Below are positions 62,849-64,000 of a stretch of 64,000 nt of DNA, in pieces. The stretch covers positions 620,001-684,000 of the forward strand of contig CAKKNE010000002.1 of assembly GCA_918797485.1 (NCBI GenBank), written 5' to 3'. The translations under genes were made by a program, and so were the position numbers. The stretch's first letter is position 1. The number at the start of each line of letters is the position of its first letter. This DNA is from Pelagomonas calceolata (Eukaryota). Under the pieces are notes generated by a model. The model did not search any database and was not told the DNA's origin. It saw only the letters and a list, made by a program, of their open reading frames with translations.

Positions 62849-64000
62849 TCACGCGAACGTCGCGAGCGTGCCGAGCACGGCCGACACGGCCGACAGCCCC
62901 AGCATGCCGTAGGGCGCCAGCTTCTTCTCCCAGGCCGCCTTCTGCACCTTGTCGCCCTTGAGCAGCATGACCGCGGGCAGCGCGTAAATCACGGCCGAGC
63001 CCATGAGAGCGCCCGTGAGAGAGACCACGACCCCCACGTCGTCCAAGAGCAGCGCGATGGCCGTGATGAGCCCAAGCGGTGCCGCAACGACCGCTTTCTC
63101 GGAGAGCTTGGGCAGCACGCCGCGGACCCCTACTTTCACAGCAGCATATGCCAGGGGAAACGTGAAGACCGTCGACACGCCGAACAGAAGCCGCGCGACG
63201 GATGCCAGCGAGTCCTTGACGGCGTAGTTGTTCAGCACCAAGCCTTGCGACGACGCGCCGAACGTCAGGTAGCCGGCGACCATGACCGCCACATTTAATA
63301 AGACCGAGAGCGCGAAGCCCCGCCTCACGATGGTGGCGTACTTCTTCTCGTCCTTGCCCGCGTCGACGAAGAAGTTCGGCGCGTTGAAGTGCGCCATGTA
63401 GGCCGTGCCGCACATGGCGACGAAGACGCCGAGGCCCAACCCGGGCTTCACGAGCGTGCTCCCGAACTTCGGGGCGAGGTCCCTACTCAAACTCTTGACG
63501 AAGGTCGCGCCGGCCTTGTACGTGCCGTCCAGGGCCCGCTTCGCCATGAAGCCCGCCGTGTACACCACCCCAGCCGTGCCGAGCGCCGACGTGGGGGCGA
63601 GCGCCGCGAGGGACTTGAGCGAGCAGAGCGGCCAGAGGGCGCCGAGCGTCAGCGCCGCGATACTTCCGCGCCGCGCGCCGCCGCACGCGTTGAGGGCGGA
63701 GCAGACGCGGGGCCCCGGGTTCGCCGCCGCGATGAGGGACGCGGCGGCGTCGCCCATGATGATGCTGTACGCGAGGCAGGCGAGGAAGGGCGTCAGCGTG
63801 CAGCAGAGCGTCACGACCCAGGCGCTCTTCTCCCCGACGCTCCGGGCCCAGGCGTCCTTGTACGTCTCCGCGTCGTAGGCGCCGCAGACGCGGCCGAGCA
63901 CGCCGAAGGAGTACGCCGACGCGGCGCCGAGCGCGGTTATCAGCGCCGTCGCGGGCCAGAGCGCGGGCCCGGCGTCGGAGAACGCCGCGACGCCCGCCGG
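62849..64000 (-). CDS. Amino-acid transporter (AAAP/SLC38-like), 5' end outside the window
   Basis: Many TM helices; PLCSLKSLAALAPTS, AYMAHFNAP, GYLTFG, LVLNNY, FTFPL, TGALMGS. Confidence 0.88.
   Translation of the reverse strand, partial: PAGVAAFSDAGPALWPATALITALGAASAYSFGVLGRVCGAYDAETYKDAWARSVGEKSAWVVTLCCTLTPFLACLAYSIIMGDAAASLIAAANPGPRVCSALNACGGARRGSIAALTLGALWPLCSLKSLAALAPTSALGTAGVVYTAGFMAKRALDGTYKAGATFVKSLSRDLAPKFGSTLVKPGLGLGVFVAMCGTAYMAHFNAPNFFVDAGKDEKKYATIVRRGFALSVLLNVAVMVAGYLTFGASSQGLVLNNYAVKDSLASVARLLFGVSTVFTFPLAYAAVKVGVRGVLPKLSEKAVVAAPLGLITAIALLLDDVGVVVSLTGALMGSAVIYALPAVMLLKGDKVQKAAWEKKLAPYGMLGLSAVSAVLGTLATFA

Noticed and set aside
1..64000. Autonomous transposase, tRNA, rRNA or bacterial contamination
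   Set aside because: No DDE/RT motifs or RNA-gene structure seen by eye; spliceosomal introns and core eukaryotic genes occur throughout.

Overview
GC-rich, gene-dense eukaryotic nuclear DNA, most likely from a pelagophyte alga (Pelagomonas/Aureococcus-like). This is inferred from a chl a/c LHC gene, bipartite plastid-targeting leaders, and introns built from DNA transposons with 8-bp target-site duplications (TSDs). About 33 protein-coding loci are supported, including IMP3, stand-alone HisI, ORC1, PRP38, CDC23/APC8, SF3B1, an LHC, a macro-PARP, a NIT-domain membrane protein and a three-kinase cluster. Most ORFs in the supplied track are antisense or off-frame shadows. I reconstructed 16 introns by hand, and each restores an open frame. 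At least 12 are introner elements (TIR CTGTGTGGAAATCAA...TTGATTTCCACACAG; donor GT/GC taken from the 8-bp TSD), forming a decay series from ~200 bp to 48 bp. Highlights: (1) a ~22-bp motif, CTAGTGTCTT(T)ACA-N-CGCTAG, occurs 13 times in either orientation, always 110-260 bp upstream of a start codon and never between convergent genes, making it a candidate lineage-wide promoter element; (2) two near-identical kinase paralogs carry four non-shared introner introns; (3) the donor-side TIR bases that would pair with the acceptor AG are repeatedly mutated; (4) SF3B1 carries a 23-unit FDATPGR heptad array; (5) a 60-codon ORF overlaps the next gene by an ATGA stop-start. No tRNA, rRNA, CRISPR array or transposase was seen.
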